Positions 46,704 to 56,305 of a DNA stretch of 64,000 nt are shown here, in pieces. The number at the start of each line of letters is the position of its first letter. Position 1 is the first letter of the stretch. The stretch lies in IMG/VR virus record IMGVR_UViG_3300040770_000293, positions 20,449 through 84,448 of that record; one strand, written 5' to 3'. The stretch is from a virus. The notes beneath the pieces are model-generated. The model did not search any database. It worked only from the letters and a program-made list of their open reading frames with translations, and had not been told where the DNA came from. Position numbers and translations under genes: made by a program.

Positions 46704-49256
46704 TTAAGTTATATAATTTCTATCTATTATTTGTGCTATTGGTAAAGTTGCGTTTGAAGATTGTAGTGTAAAATTTCTAATGTAAAATGGAACAAATCCT
46801 GCTTTTGATACAAAAATATCTACGTTGGTTGGCGTTTCATAAATGTAATCCCAAGTACTTACGCTATTTTGGTCGACTTGTCCTAAAACCGTATCCGTAC
46901 CTGCTTGCAGTATAACCACGTCTGAACCGTTAACTATTCCACTAAACGTTAGCTTAAATGTATCTAAAGGGTATTGAAAATCTTGAGAAGTTGTTGAACT
47001 TACTGTTGTTAAAAACACACTTGTTATTGCGGTTGCATTGGTAACAGAAGTGGTAATTTCTAACCTTAATTTAATTCCTACACTAGGGTTTATTGCTGTT
47101 TCTCCGCTTAACGCCGTAGCTAACGTTGTCGCTGTTAAAACTGCACTGAACGCTCCAAAACCTGCTCCTTTATCTATTTGATACCTATATGTATAGTTTG
47201 TTGCTGTTCCTCCTGCCATTATTAAAGCAGTATTCGTAAAGGAGTTGTGACCAATTATGTAACTAGGAGTTTCAAATAACACTTTATGTCCAATAATAGG
47301 CATGTACAAACTTCCCCCAGAAGTGAACGCTGCTCCATTTGTTAGTGTAACTTGTGTAGCTGTTTCTGCCGTAGGTTCGTTCATAAGAACCGCTATTCTA
47401 CCTGCTGTTGCTGAAGTAAAACAATTTAACCAATGTGTTCCATAAACAGATACTTGTCCACTTAATGCACCCGTACCTCCCATTCCTTTACGCTCCATGT
47501 TCAGAACCGCCATAACGTCGACGGCATCTGCGTAATCTCCAAATACATTTTCTTCTACAAGACCTTTTGAAGAGTTATCCCCTGTCATAATACCTGTTCT
47601 TGTGTTACTTACGTAAACTCGTTGAATTTTAGTGTCAAAACAAGCTGAAACTATTGTGTAAATTAAACCACAGTTATTTACTGTTCCCATACTTATTGGC
47701 ACAGCTCTTGTACCGATACTTCTAAGCTTGTTATTTGAACAACCTGTTGTCAATTGCAAAAGTCCCGTAAAAGGTTGCGTGTTCAAAACAGGCATTGTTA
47801 ATCCAGATATTTTACAGTTTATTGTATTCGTACTTAAACTCCATACGTAACCTGCTTGAGTTGCCAATGTGGTTCCCGAAATCGCTTCACAGTATATTGT
47901 GTTTGTTATTTGTATATTGTCACAAGTAGTAAATGTCATAGCTCCTTGTATAATCGTAGGAGTCGTCCAAGTACAATTTTTAATACGTGTGGCATTTACA
48001 GAAAACGTTGTTGCATTTGCTCTAATAACTCCCGCAACTATTTTATCTCTTACAAAATCAAATCCTGAGCAATCTGATAAAGTGTTTGTGTGCGCACCTG
48101 AAGCAGCCATAGAAACTCTTTGCCAAACACAGTCTGTAAATGTTCCTCCTGCAAAGCAAAAAGTCATTGTTAGTGGTGATGTAAGTAATGGAGTCGTTGG
48201 TTTGTTCCCAACTCCAACTTTGCTAAAAGTCATAGCGGTTGCTATTTCTGATAGAAATATTGAGTCTATAAATGAAGAGTCTGAAATATTTACGGCATAA
48301 GCTTGAGCGCATGATAAATACCAAGCGTAGGTTGATTTTGTAATATTCACAACTCCTCCACCTGTAGTAGTAAAATCATATCTTGTAGCTAATGTAGCAC
48401 TAGGTATTACGTTCGCTGTTCTTGCGGCAACGGTGCAATTCTCAAAAAATATATTCCCAACAACTACTTTTAACCCTGCTATTGGAGTAAAGCCGTTTGT
48501 AGCAGCACCAGAGTTTCCTATTCTCACAAGTCCCGTGGCGTCAATCCAAACTAGCTTTCCTCTAGTAGCTTCTGTACCTGTTGTTGTGTTTGTCCCGTTA
48601 TTCGGATAGAATTCAAAATCATTACTACCTACAGTTTTTTCTATGTAAACTCCACCACAATATCTTTGCAAACCGTTGTTAGGAATTTGCATAGTTTGGT
48701 TAGAAACTCCCGAAGTCGTACCTACTTCATACCAAGCACCATTAGAATTATAAACTCCTAAACGGTTAGCGTTTATAGTACTTGCTTCGTCACCAACGAT
48801 TTCTATCCATCCAATACGCCCTGCATCACCTGCAGTAGCTCCTATACCTGTTAAAGCTCCTGCTATGTACGTTCCTGTTTTTTGCTTAACTCTTAAAAAG
48901 CCTGTTGCGGGCATTACAGCACCCGAAGCCGTAGAAGCCGAAGCAAGTGTAGCATGAACTCCAATTAATTTACCACTTCCAGAACCATTACTAATAACTG
49001 TATTAAATGCGGGTACGTTTCCTGTTCCTGCTGTAAACGGAATCATCCATATAGCAGTACCGTCAATATTTACCACTCCACCCAAAGAAGCAGATAGAGT
49101 TATACTCCCTAAACTTGTAGAAGTCGTTTGGTTTAAACCTGTTCTACTGTCATTATCTATAGTTAATGTACCTCCATTTATTGCATAGGTATCACCACCA
49201 GTTTTTCCTGTAATTTGATCTATGTTTTGTGCCGTAGTTACTGTAAATGCTGCGAT
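46704..49256 (-). CDS. Putative tail fibre/spike-like beta-rich protein, probable ATC start (850 aa)
   Basis: Frame open 57 codons above the tracked TTG, to ATC-GCA-GCA-TTT (xAAFTVTTAQNIDQ) behind an AAAACCAATAA leader; in-frame TAA just upstream. Confidence 0.6.
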   Translation of the reverse strand: MAAFTVTTAQNIDQITGKTGGDTYAINGGTLTIDNDSRTGLNQTTSTSLGSITLSASLGGVVNIDGTAIWMIPFTAGTGNVPAFNTVISNGSGSGKLIGVHATLASASTASGAVMPATGFLRVKQKTGTYIAGALTGIGATAGDAGRIGWIEIVGDEASTINANRLGVYNSNGAWYEVGTTSGVSNQTMQIPNNGLQRYCGGVYIEKTVGSNDFEFYPNNGTNTTTGTEATRGKLVWIDATGLVRIGNSGAATNGFTPIAGLKVVVGNIFFENCTVAARTANVIPSATLATRYDFTTTGGGVVNITKSTYAWYLSCAQAYAVNISDSSFIDSIFLSEIATAMTFSKVGVGNKPTTPLLTSPLTMTFCFAGGTFTDCVWQRVSMAASGAHTNTLSDCSGFDFVRDKIVAGVIRANATTFSVNATRIKNCTWTTPTIIQGAMTFTTCDNIQITNTIYCEAISGTTLATQAGYVWSLSTNTINCKISGLTMPVLNTQPFTGLLQLTTGCSNNKLRSIGTRAVPISMGTVNNCGLIYTIVSACFDTKIQRVYVSNTRTGIMTGDNSSKGLVEENVFGDYADAVDVMAVLNMERKGMGGTGALSGQVSVYGTHWLNCFTSATAGRIAVLMNEPTAETATQVTLTNGAAFTSGGSLYMPIIGHKVLFETPSYIIGHNSFTNTALIMAGGTATNYTYRYQIDKGAGFGAFSAVLTATTLATALSGETAINPSVGIKLRLEITTSVTNATAITSVFLTTVSSTTSQDFQYPLDTFKLTFSGIVNGSDVVILQAGTDTVLGQVDQNSVSTWDYIYETPTNVDIFVSKAGFVPFYIRNFTLQSSNATLPIAQIIDRNYIT

Positions 49257-49279
49257 AAGGTTATTGGTTTTAGATTATT

Positions 49280-49684
49280 TTATCTTGCTGTGACTGTTTC
49301 TATAAATCCTTGAGTGTCTCTTTTTATGTCAAAAACCCAATTCTTTTTTTGCTCTTCTTTTTTTAAGAGAGGTTTTAATTCTTCTACGTCTAAAGTTACA
49401 GGACTATTTAAATTATTTTTTAATTCTGTAAGGTTTGTTTTAAACTCTTGAGTTAATTTTGCTAGTTCTCTAATAACTAAATCTTGATTGACTTCTACTA
49501 TTATATCTGCAGGAACTTCTTTATTTATCTCTTGAAGTTTTTCTATAAACTTTTCAAGTGTTTTTGTGTTAGCATCAACTATTTCAACTATACCTTTATT
49601 TACTGTATTTGTATTTGAAAGTAATGTCAGTATCTCTTGATGTCTTTTATCGTCAAGTGCTTGTTTAAAATCATCTAACTCCAT
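49280..49684 (-). CDS. Hypothetical protein
   Basis: C-terminal WVFDIKRDTQGFIETVTA. Confidence 0.65.
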   Translation of the reverse strand: MELDDFKQALDDKRHQEILTLLSNTNTVNKGIVEIVDANTKTLEKFIEKLQEINKEVPADIIVEVNQDLVIRELAKLTQEFKTNLTELKNNLNSPVTLDVEELKPLLKKEEQKKNWVFDIKRDTQGFIETVTAR

Positions 49685-51108
49685 GCGCAATTATTTAATT
49701 CTTCTAAATCTTGCCACTCTTTTTTTAACTTTTCTTGAGCTAATTTTATTCTTGTCATATCTTTAGAAGTTTTTGCGTTTGTTATTTCAGATACAGATAT
49801 TAAAGGTAACTTAATAAGTTCTAATTTACTTACTTCTGGCAAAGGTAATACTTCTTCTTCAATTATCCTAATTTCTTTTACAATTTTTTTAGGTAATTCT
49901 TTTTTTGGAGCTTCTACTTCTTTAGATTCAACTGTAGCTTGTTTTAAAACTTGTGGTAATTCTAAAGATTCTGCTTTACTTATGAACTCTTCTCTATCTT
50001 TAACCCCTCCTAATTCTTGTATTACGTTTTTTTCTGTTGCTAAAGGATTATTATTTACAAGCTTTCCTAAACTATTAATTGTTGATCGTTTTACTAGAAA
50101 GTCATTTGAAAAATAAGTTTCTTTTGTAAATACTTCATCTATGTTTCTTAGAGATTCAATTATATTTTTTATGCTTTTTTGTAATTCTCTATCTGTTTTT
50201 ATGTTTAAGATTTCATAACTTGTGTAAAAATCTTTTAACTTTTTTTCTTCGACTTTAAACTCTCCATTTTCATCATAGAAAGATTTTTCCAAAGCGTCTG
50301 CCATTTCTTGAGAGTCTTCAAAAGGTAAAGATAATAGTGAGTTTTTTATATCTTGTTTTTGCTCAAAACTTAGTTTTTTACCTTTAGCTTGCTCCCCTCT
50401 TAAATAATTAAATAATACTTGAGGTAAAACTTCCCCATTGCTATCGAAGTGACTGCTTGGAGTACTTTCTATTTTATTCCTACCATCTTCTCTTTTTACA
50501 ATTTTAGTAGACTTTAACTTATCCCACACTCCGTTTGCGGCAGGTGTTTGGTTTGCATCTGAATAGAAAGGTTTGTTTTGACTAATAACTTTTAATATTG
50601 CGTATTTATACATTTCTGTACCAATACCTTTACCTTGTAAACCTTCTATATTTCCCTGATTATAAACTTGAGCTGTACTTAAATTAGTGCTCTCTATAGC
50701 TAAACCATTTTTGTAAGGTTTCATTCTTACTTTACCTAACATTACATTTTCTTCTCCTGCTTTAACAAAAGCTTGTATAGTAGTAAATCCATTGACTTCT
50801 ACTGTTTTGTAAAGTAGGTTTTTAATGTCTGCAGAATACTCTTTACCCTTATGTAAAAGGTTTATAATACTGTTACTTGGTTGTAAAGTATCTAAATTTC
50901 TTTTTATAGCTGTTTTGTATTTACTTTTTAGAGGTGATATAACTTGTTCTACAAATTTTTCTGTATAAGTAAGAGCTACTAAATCAGCAGCTCTTTTCTC
51001 ATTTCTTACTTTATTTAGAACTTCTGGAAATAATTTAGACGTTTCTTCTTTCGGAGTTTGCGTCCCAACTATACTTCCATTATCTCCATATATTACTATA
51101 CAACTCAT
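49675..51108 (-). CDS. Putative virion protein with GNAT acetyltransferase domain (477 aa)
   Basis: LQGKGIGTEMY...FYSDANQTPAANGVW; N-terminus resembles that of the 1848-aa protein. Confidence 0.65.
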   Translation of the reverse strand: MSCIVIYGDNGSIVGTQTPKEETSKLFPEVLNKVRNEKRAADLVALTYTEKFVEQVISPLKSKYKTAIKRNLDTLQPSNSIINLLHKGKEYSADIKNLLYKTVEVNGFTTIQAFVKAGEENVMLGKVRMKPYKNGLAIESTNLSTAQVYNQGNIEGLQGKGIGTEMYKYAILKVISQNKPFYSDANQTPAANGVWDKLKSTKIVKREDGRNKIESTPSSHFDSNGEVLPQVLFNYLRGEQAKGKKLSFEQKQDIKNSLLSLPFEDSQEMADALEKSFYDENGEFKVEEKKLKDFYTSYEILNIKTDRELQKSIKNIIESLRNIDEVFTKETYFSNDFLVKRSTINSLGKLVNNNPLATEKNVIQELGGVKDREEFISKAESLELPQVLKQATVESKEVEAPKKELPKKIVKEIRIIEEEVLPLPEVSKLELIKLPLISVSEITNAKTSKDMTRIKLAQEKLKKEWQDLEELNNCAWS

Positions 51109-51124
51109 CTACTGCTATTTTTTA

Positions 51125-51156
51125 CAAATATATAATTAATTTTTAACTGTTGCAAA
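51125..51156 (-). promoter_or_regulatory. Bacteroidota sigma-A-type promoter
   Basis: TTTG-N20-TATATTTG on - strand. Confidence 0.75.
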
Positions 51157-51160
51157 TTAA

Positions 51161-54100
51161 TTAATCACAATCTGTTATATTTTCTACTTCTTCCAAATCT
51201 TCTGCGGGGATATTGTAATTTTCATCTCCCTCTATCAAATCGTCTATTTTATTTTGTAATTCAACTATTTCATCGTCAAGAATTTCAGTTTCTGCGTCTA
51301 ATTTAGCTAAAGCTAAGTCTCTAGACTTCTCTATTCTATAATACTCAGAAGCCTTTGCTCTTTTGTTTTGCAACACCTTTACTTGACTTTGATATATCTT
51401 TTCTATTTTATCAATTTTTTTGTCAATGGTCTCCTGTTTTTTTAAGATTTTAGCTATTTCCTTATTGTATTTTTCAACTTCTTGATTTACACTTTCATCC
51501 ACAACTTCTACTTCTGGAGCTATAAACCCTTCACCTGAATAGTTTGAAAAGTCTAAAACTAATTTAGGTGCAGTTATAGGTCTATATATTAAATTTATAG
51601 CTATTTGTGCTTGAGATATTAGTGAATTTTTATCATAATCTTTATCAGCCAAAGTTTCAACATTTATAAAGTCTTGAATACTATTCATAGCTTCTGCAAT
51701 ACTTCTTAGTTTTACAGGGTCTAAGCTTGTTAATTGAAATAGTTTAGGTTCTATGTTATTCTCTACAAGTTTTGCGTTAATTTTTTTTATTTTTTCCGCT
51801 TCAGACAACTGCTGATTATTAAATATATCCTCTACCTCACTACTTTTTTCTAATGTAGTTGTTACTAAACTTATAGGATATGCTACTTTAACACCTTTGT
51901 ACTCAAATACAATTACAGGTATTTTAGTAGTTTTATTCTTTTTAGACAATTTTGTAGTAAAATCAAATCTTACCCCTTTTTCATCTTTTGAAAGAAAGCT
52001 TTTACCATTTAAAACATAACCTGTATTTACCACCACTCCTAGACTTTCTTCTGTAAAGCCTACATTTAGAGGTTCATAACCCTGATCTGTTTGTTGAGTA
52101 TTCATATTTGGAAACCCTAAAACTATATTTTTAACTTGTACTTTTGAATTTAACTTAAATCCTATAGAACCATTATTAAGATTTTCTAGAACTGCTAAAT
52201 ATGCATTCTTTCTAACTTCTAAGAATTTGTTATCTGTTACTCCCTCTCCTATAGTGCTATGAGTTGCTTTCAAAGATCCTGAAATTTGATCTCCTTTTAA
52301 AGTTGTAAAGATAACTAAAGATTTTTCTACTTTTTCAGCTAACTCTTTACTTATTTTTTTACCTGATTTTCTAAGCTCTTCTATTAATGATGCATTATAT
52401 GGGTCGTCAAATCTAACTTCTAACTCTACATTTTCGCCTTCTGAAACTTCATAATTTGCTTCTTGATTGTAAGATATTGGAGATGATGGGGTAAAATCGG
52501 AAGGTACTTGAACTACTTCTTCTCCTGCTTTTTGATATACAGGTGAGTAAGTGCTATAAGTTAAATTTGAAGACAATGGTATTAAATTTAAAGTTTCTTT
52601 TACAATGTTGTAATCAGTTTCTTTTATAGATATTCTACCTCTATCTTCTATAGTAAATGTTGCTTCTCCAAAATTAAATTGTGTTCCTTTAACTTTTCCA
52701 AACTCTTGTACTAAGGCTTCTGTAGCTTGTCTACTTTGTCCATCTACTGTTATTATAATAGGTAGTACTTGTAATCTGTCTATAACTGTTCCTATGTTTA
52801 AATCACTAAATCTTACAGCATTTTCTTTATTTATAGTTACTATTTTAGCAGTAACATTATCATGAACTTGAGTGAAACTATTTTGAGTTACATCGTTAGA
52901 AGCTTGTACTTCATCTGTCTCATTTATAGTTACAAATTCTTGACTAGTAATATTATTTTTAGTGTCTTCTTGTTCAATTGAAATTTTCATTTGATTTAAT
53001 ATTTCAATTAAATCCGCTATACTTTCACTTTCTCCACTTACTGCTCCGTCAAGCATTCTCCATTGAGAAAGTTTTAGATTTAAGTTTTGAAATTTTACAA
53101 GTTCTTCTTTTGTTAAACCTATTTCAACTTTAGTATTTGAAGAAAAATTAGGGTTTACTCTTGTAGCAAAATCTTTATCTTTTCTTTTGCTATTATTAAT
53201 TTTTTCTAAATATTCTTCATACTCTTCTAATTCTTCTTGATTGGGTTGAGCATTAACAATGTCGTCATAACTTTCTCCTACATAAGTCATAGAGATACTG
53301 TTAGCTTCTATAGCATCTTCTATTCTTTTTACAAGCTGTTCTGTAGAAGATAATATAGGTTCTTCAGATTTTGGAGGTGTAACTTCTATAGTATCCTTTA
53401 TTGCGTCAATCTCCTCTTTATTACTGTCATAGACTTCTTTTTCTCTAGGTAATAAAGTTTCATTACTTTTAACTTTTTGCGAAATTTTAGTTAAAAGTTC
53501 CTCTGATACTTCTTTATTATCTTTAAAACTCTGATATTCTTCATTAGAAATGTCAGCATTTATTTCGTCTGCTTGCTCTTTTAAGTATGCATTTTTTACG
53601 TCATTATAATTTTTAATAGTGTCTATAAAAAACTCTTTAGTAAATTCGTCCATAGACTTTTTACCATTAATAATTTTTGAAAGAAAACTACTTTGATCTT
53701 TAGGTTTGTACTTAGGGTCAGAAAGTTTTTTAGCTGTATTGTCAAACTCTTTAAACTGCTCTACTGAACGGTTGTACTCCGAGATTAACTTGCTAATTTT
53801 TAAGTGTGCTGGTAAATTAGTTTCTTTTAAGTTTTCTACTAAATCATTTAAATCAGATAATCTTTTCTCTGTACTATCTAAATCTATAGAAGATACAGAT
53901 GTATCATCTTTTATAAAAGGATTTTCTACTTTAGCTGCTTTGAATAAAACATCTCTTTCTTGCTTAAGCTGAGCATACTCTTCTTCTAATTCTAATAATC
54001 TACTTGATACTTTAGTATATCTTTGATTATATGTTGTATTATCCTCTTTACTATTTTTATTTCTTTCTAAGCTTAAAAGTTCTTTATTTAAAGCTTCCCT

Positions 54101-56305
54101 TTTAGTATTTGAAGTTTTTATTCTTCTACTTACATTTTGATAAGTTTTCTTTGTTTTCTCACTTGAATTTAAGAGCACTCTATCTATATCTAAAGCATCT
54201 ACCAGTTCATTACTTTGAGTAAAGTTTCCAAGTATTTCTTTTTTAATACTTGTCAATAAATCAGTTTGTAATCCGCCTGTAACTTCTCCCATTGTGAGGT
54301 TATAAGTTAAAGCTTCAATAAGTACTGATTTATTTGTTAACCCTGCTTCGTTAGCTCCTACAAAAGTTCCTTTACCTATAATAGCTTCGGCAAACTGCCT
54401 GTTTTTTTCAAAGGATTCAGATAGTGTTTTATATTCTTCAACAGTATTTGTTTTGAACTGTTCTATGTTTTCCTCTTCTATTCCTGCCTCTTTAAACTGC
54501 TCTACAGACATTAAATTGATAGAGTCTTGCAAGTCTGAAATATCATCTTTAGAGTCTCTCTTAATGTTATAGTTGAAGTTGAGTCGGGAAAACATACTAT
54601 CATTTCTAGCTATTTCTCCGCCTACTATATCTCCTTTAGCGTCTGCCTCTGCTTTACGTTCATTAGCTCCCTGTATTTGATTAGTCATAGCTAATCTCTT
54701 AACAAATATATCTCCTGCAAATGTGTTTAATCCACTTGCATTGTATTCCATATCTTTTCTTTTGTTGTCAATATCTTTAGCTCCCCCGAATAAGTTTCCT
54801 GTTGCTGCTCCACCTATAAGTGTTGTTAAAGCTGCAGTTCCTAACTCTTTCCACCCTTCTTTAGTGCCATAAGTTTCTCCCATAGACTCATACACCATAC
54901 CCATCATGTCTAGATTTTCTGCTGTCTTTTTTGGATCGTAAGTACTATCTAACCATTTGTTAGCTGTTTTTGTAGTTACTCCTTGTAGTCCTTCTTCAAG
55001 TATAACTTCATTAAATAAATTGCTACTTACTCCATAAGCTTTCCCCGCAAAATTTTGAAATTTGGTAGCTTTTAAGGCTTGTACAACTTTCTTACCACCT
55101 ATTTCAACTGTTTGTGTACCTATTCCAAACAACCCTTTATTTACATCTTTAGATAGTGATTTTAAAGGATTTTTTATTCCAAATTGTCCTCCAAAAAATG
55201 CTAAGTTAGCTCCACCTACCAACAAATAGTTTGTAGCAAAAACTGCATTAGCAGAATTAGCTAAATCCTCTTCAAACTTACTAATTTCATCATCTGTAGG
55301 CTTTCTACCATTTAATGTTTCAAAGTTATTGTAGAAATTTTCTTTTGCTTCTTTTTTATAGTGCCAAGCTTCTATAGAGGCTTCTCCAGAAGCAGATGTT
55401 AATCCAAATCTTACAGTGTTTAATATTTCTCCTGCCTTGCTTCCTAATATAGCTCCTTCTCTGTTTATTACTCCCTTACTAGCTGTTGATTTTAAAGGTT
55501 GTTTTATAAACTGCTTCATTTTTTCTATTCCCGAAAGAGTCCTTTCTGCAACTATAGCCTCTTCTCCTACTCTAGCAGCTGTACCTAACTTAGATCCTAT
55601 TCTAGCTCCTTTTAGAGCCAAACTTGCTCCACCTGTAGCATAAGCCCATATTGCTTCAGAAGCTACCGTACCTAAAGTAAATGCTGTTCCTGCTAATACA
55701 TCATTAGCCCAGAAGTTAGCACTACCTAAACTATTTACAAACCCTGCATCTTTTTCTTGTTGAGTATAGTAATTTGGTAGTTTATAGTCTAATTTAGTGT
55801 TCCAATCATCAAGAGTTTTAGTAAAATCATTATCATAAACTGCTGAAATACTTCCTTGTTTAGCTGCTTCTATAAAACCATTAACAAAGCCCACTGTATT
55901 TCCTAATACAACATTACCTGTTTTTAAAACTAATTTTTCAAGTCCATTTATCCATTTATCAGAAGTGGATTGCCCTTGTGCTAGACGCTCTTCATTATTA
56001 GTTCCTTCTATATAATTTTCAAATTTAGATTGATAAGTATTATCATTTAATCTAATATATGTGTCTTCTATATTTACAGAGAACTCTTTTAATTTTAACC
56101 TATTATCTTTAAATGCATCTAAACTGTTAGGTTGATTTTCTTGTTGAAAGGAAGTTAAAAAGTCTGAATACCTAGGGCTACTTTTTAATCTTATATCCTC
56201 CGCAATTTGCTGAGTAGGTATGGGTTGAGCATTAGTATCGCTAGTTAAAAAGTTAGTTTGTCTTGGATTTGAGAGTCCTGAAAGGGGGTTTGTATTATCT
56301 AGCAT
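51161..56305 (-). CDS. Giant putative virion/ejection protein (1714 aa)
   Basis: Gly/Ala-rich hydrophobic helices in the N-terminal third, coiled coils, single Cys (C1713). Confidence 0.6.
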   Translation of the reverse strand: MLDNTNPLSGLSNPRQTNFLTSDTNAQPIPTQQIAEDIRLKSSPRYSDFLTSFQQENQPNSLDAFKDNRLKLKEFSVNIEDTYIRLNDNTYQSKFENYIEGTNNEERLAQGQSTSDKWINGLEKLVLKTGNVVLGNTVGFVNGFIEAAKQGSISAVYDNDFTKTLDDWNTKLDYKLPNYYTQQEKDAGFVNSLGSANFWANDVLAGTAFTLGTVASEAIWAYATGGASLALKGARIGSKLGTAARVGEEAIVAERTLSGIEKMKQFIKQPLKSTASKGVINREGAILGSKAGEILNTVRFGLTSASGEASIEAWHYKKEAKENFYNNFETLNGRKPTDDEISKFEEDLANSANAVFATNYLLVGGANLAFFGGQFGIKNPLKSLSKDVNKGLFGIGTQTVEIGGKKVVQALKATKFQNFAGKAYGVSSNLFNEVILEEGLQGVTTKTANKWLDSTYDPKKTAENLDMMGMVYESMGETYGTKEGWKELGTAALTTLIGGAATGNLFGGAKDIDNKRKDMEYNASGLNTFAGDIFVKRLAMTNQIQGANERKAEADAKGDIVGGEIARNDSMFSRLNFNYNIKRDSKDDISDLQDSINLMSVEQFKEAGIEEENIEQFKTNTVEEYKTLSESFEKNRQFAEAIIGKGTFVGANEAGLTNKSVLIEALTYNLTMGEVTGGLQTDLLTSIKKEILGNFTQSNELVDALDIDRVLLNSSEKTKKTYQNVSRRIKTSNTKREALNKELLSLERNKNSKEDNTTYNQRYTKVSSRLLELEEEYAQLKQERDVLFKAAKVENPFIKDDTSVSSIDLDSTEKRLSDLNDLVENLKETNLPAHLKISKLISEYNRSVEQFKEFDNTAKKLSDPKYKPKDQSSFLSKIINGKKSMDEFTKEFFIDTIKNYNDVKNAYLKEQADEINADISNEEYQSFKDNKEVSEELLTKISQKVKSNETLLPREKEVYDSNKEEIDAIKDTIEVTPPKSEEPILSSTEQLVKRIEDAIEANSISMTYVGESYDDIVNAQPNQEELEEYEEYLEKINNSKRKDKDFATRVNPNFSSNTKVEIGLTKEELVKFQNLNLKLSQWRMLDGAVSGESESIADLIEILNQMKISIEQEDTKNNITSQEFVTINETDEVQASNDVTQNSFTQVHDNVTAKIVTINKENAVRFSDLNIGTVIDRLQVLPIIITVDGQSRQATEALVQEFGKVKGTQFNFGEATFTIEDRGRISIKETDYNIVKETLNLIPLSSNLTYSTYSPVYQKAGEEVVQVPSDFTPSSPISYNQEANYEVSEGENVELEVRFDDPYNASLIEELRKSGKKISKELAEKVEKSLVIFTTLKGDQISGSLKATHSTIGEGVTDNKFLEVRKNAYLAVLENLNNGSIGFKLNSKVQVKNIVLGFPNMNTQQTDQGYEPLNVGFTEESLGVVVNTGYVLNGKSFLSKDEKGVRFDFTTKLSKKNKTTKIPVIVFEYKGVKVAYPISLVTTTLEKSSEVEDIFNNQQLSEAEKIKKINAKLVENNIEPKLFQLTSLDPVKLRSIAEAMNSIQDFINVETLADKDYDKNSLISQAQIAINLIYRPITAPKLVLDFSNYSGEGFIAPEVEVVDESVNQEVEKYNKEIAKILKKQETIDKKIDKIEKIYQSQVKVLQNKRAKASEYYRIEKSRDLALAKLDAETEILDDEIVELQNKIDDLIEGDENYNIPAEDLEEVENITDCD

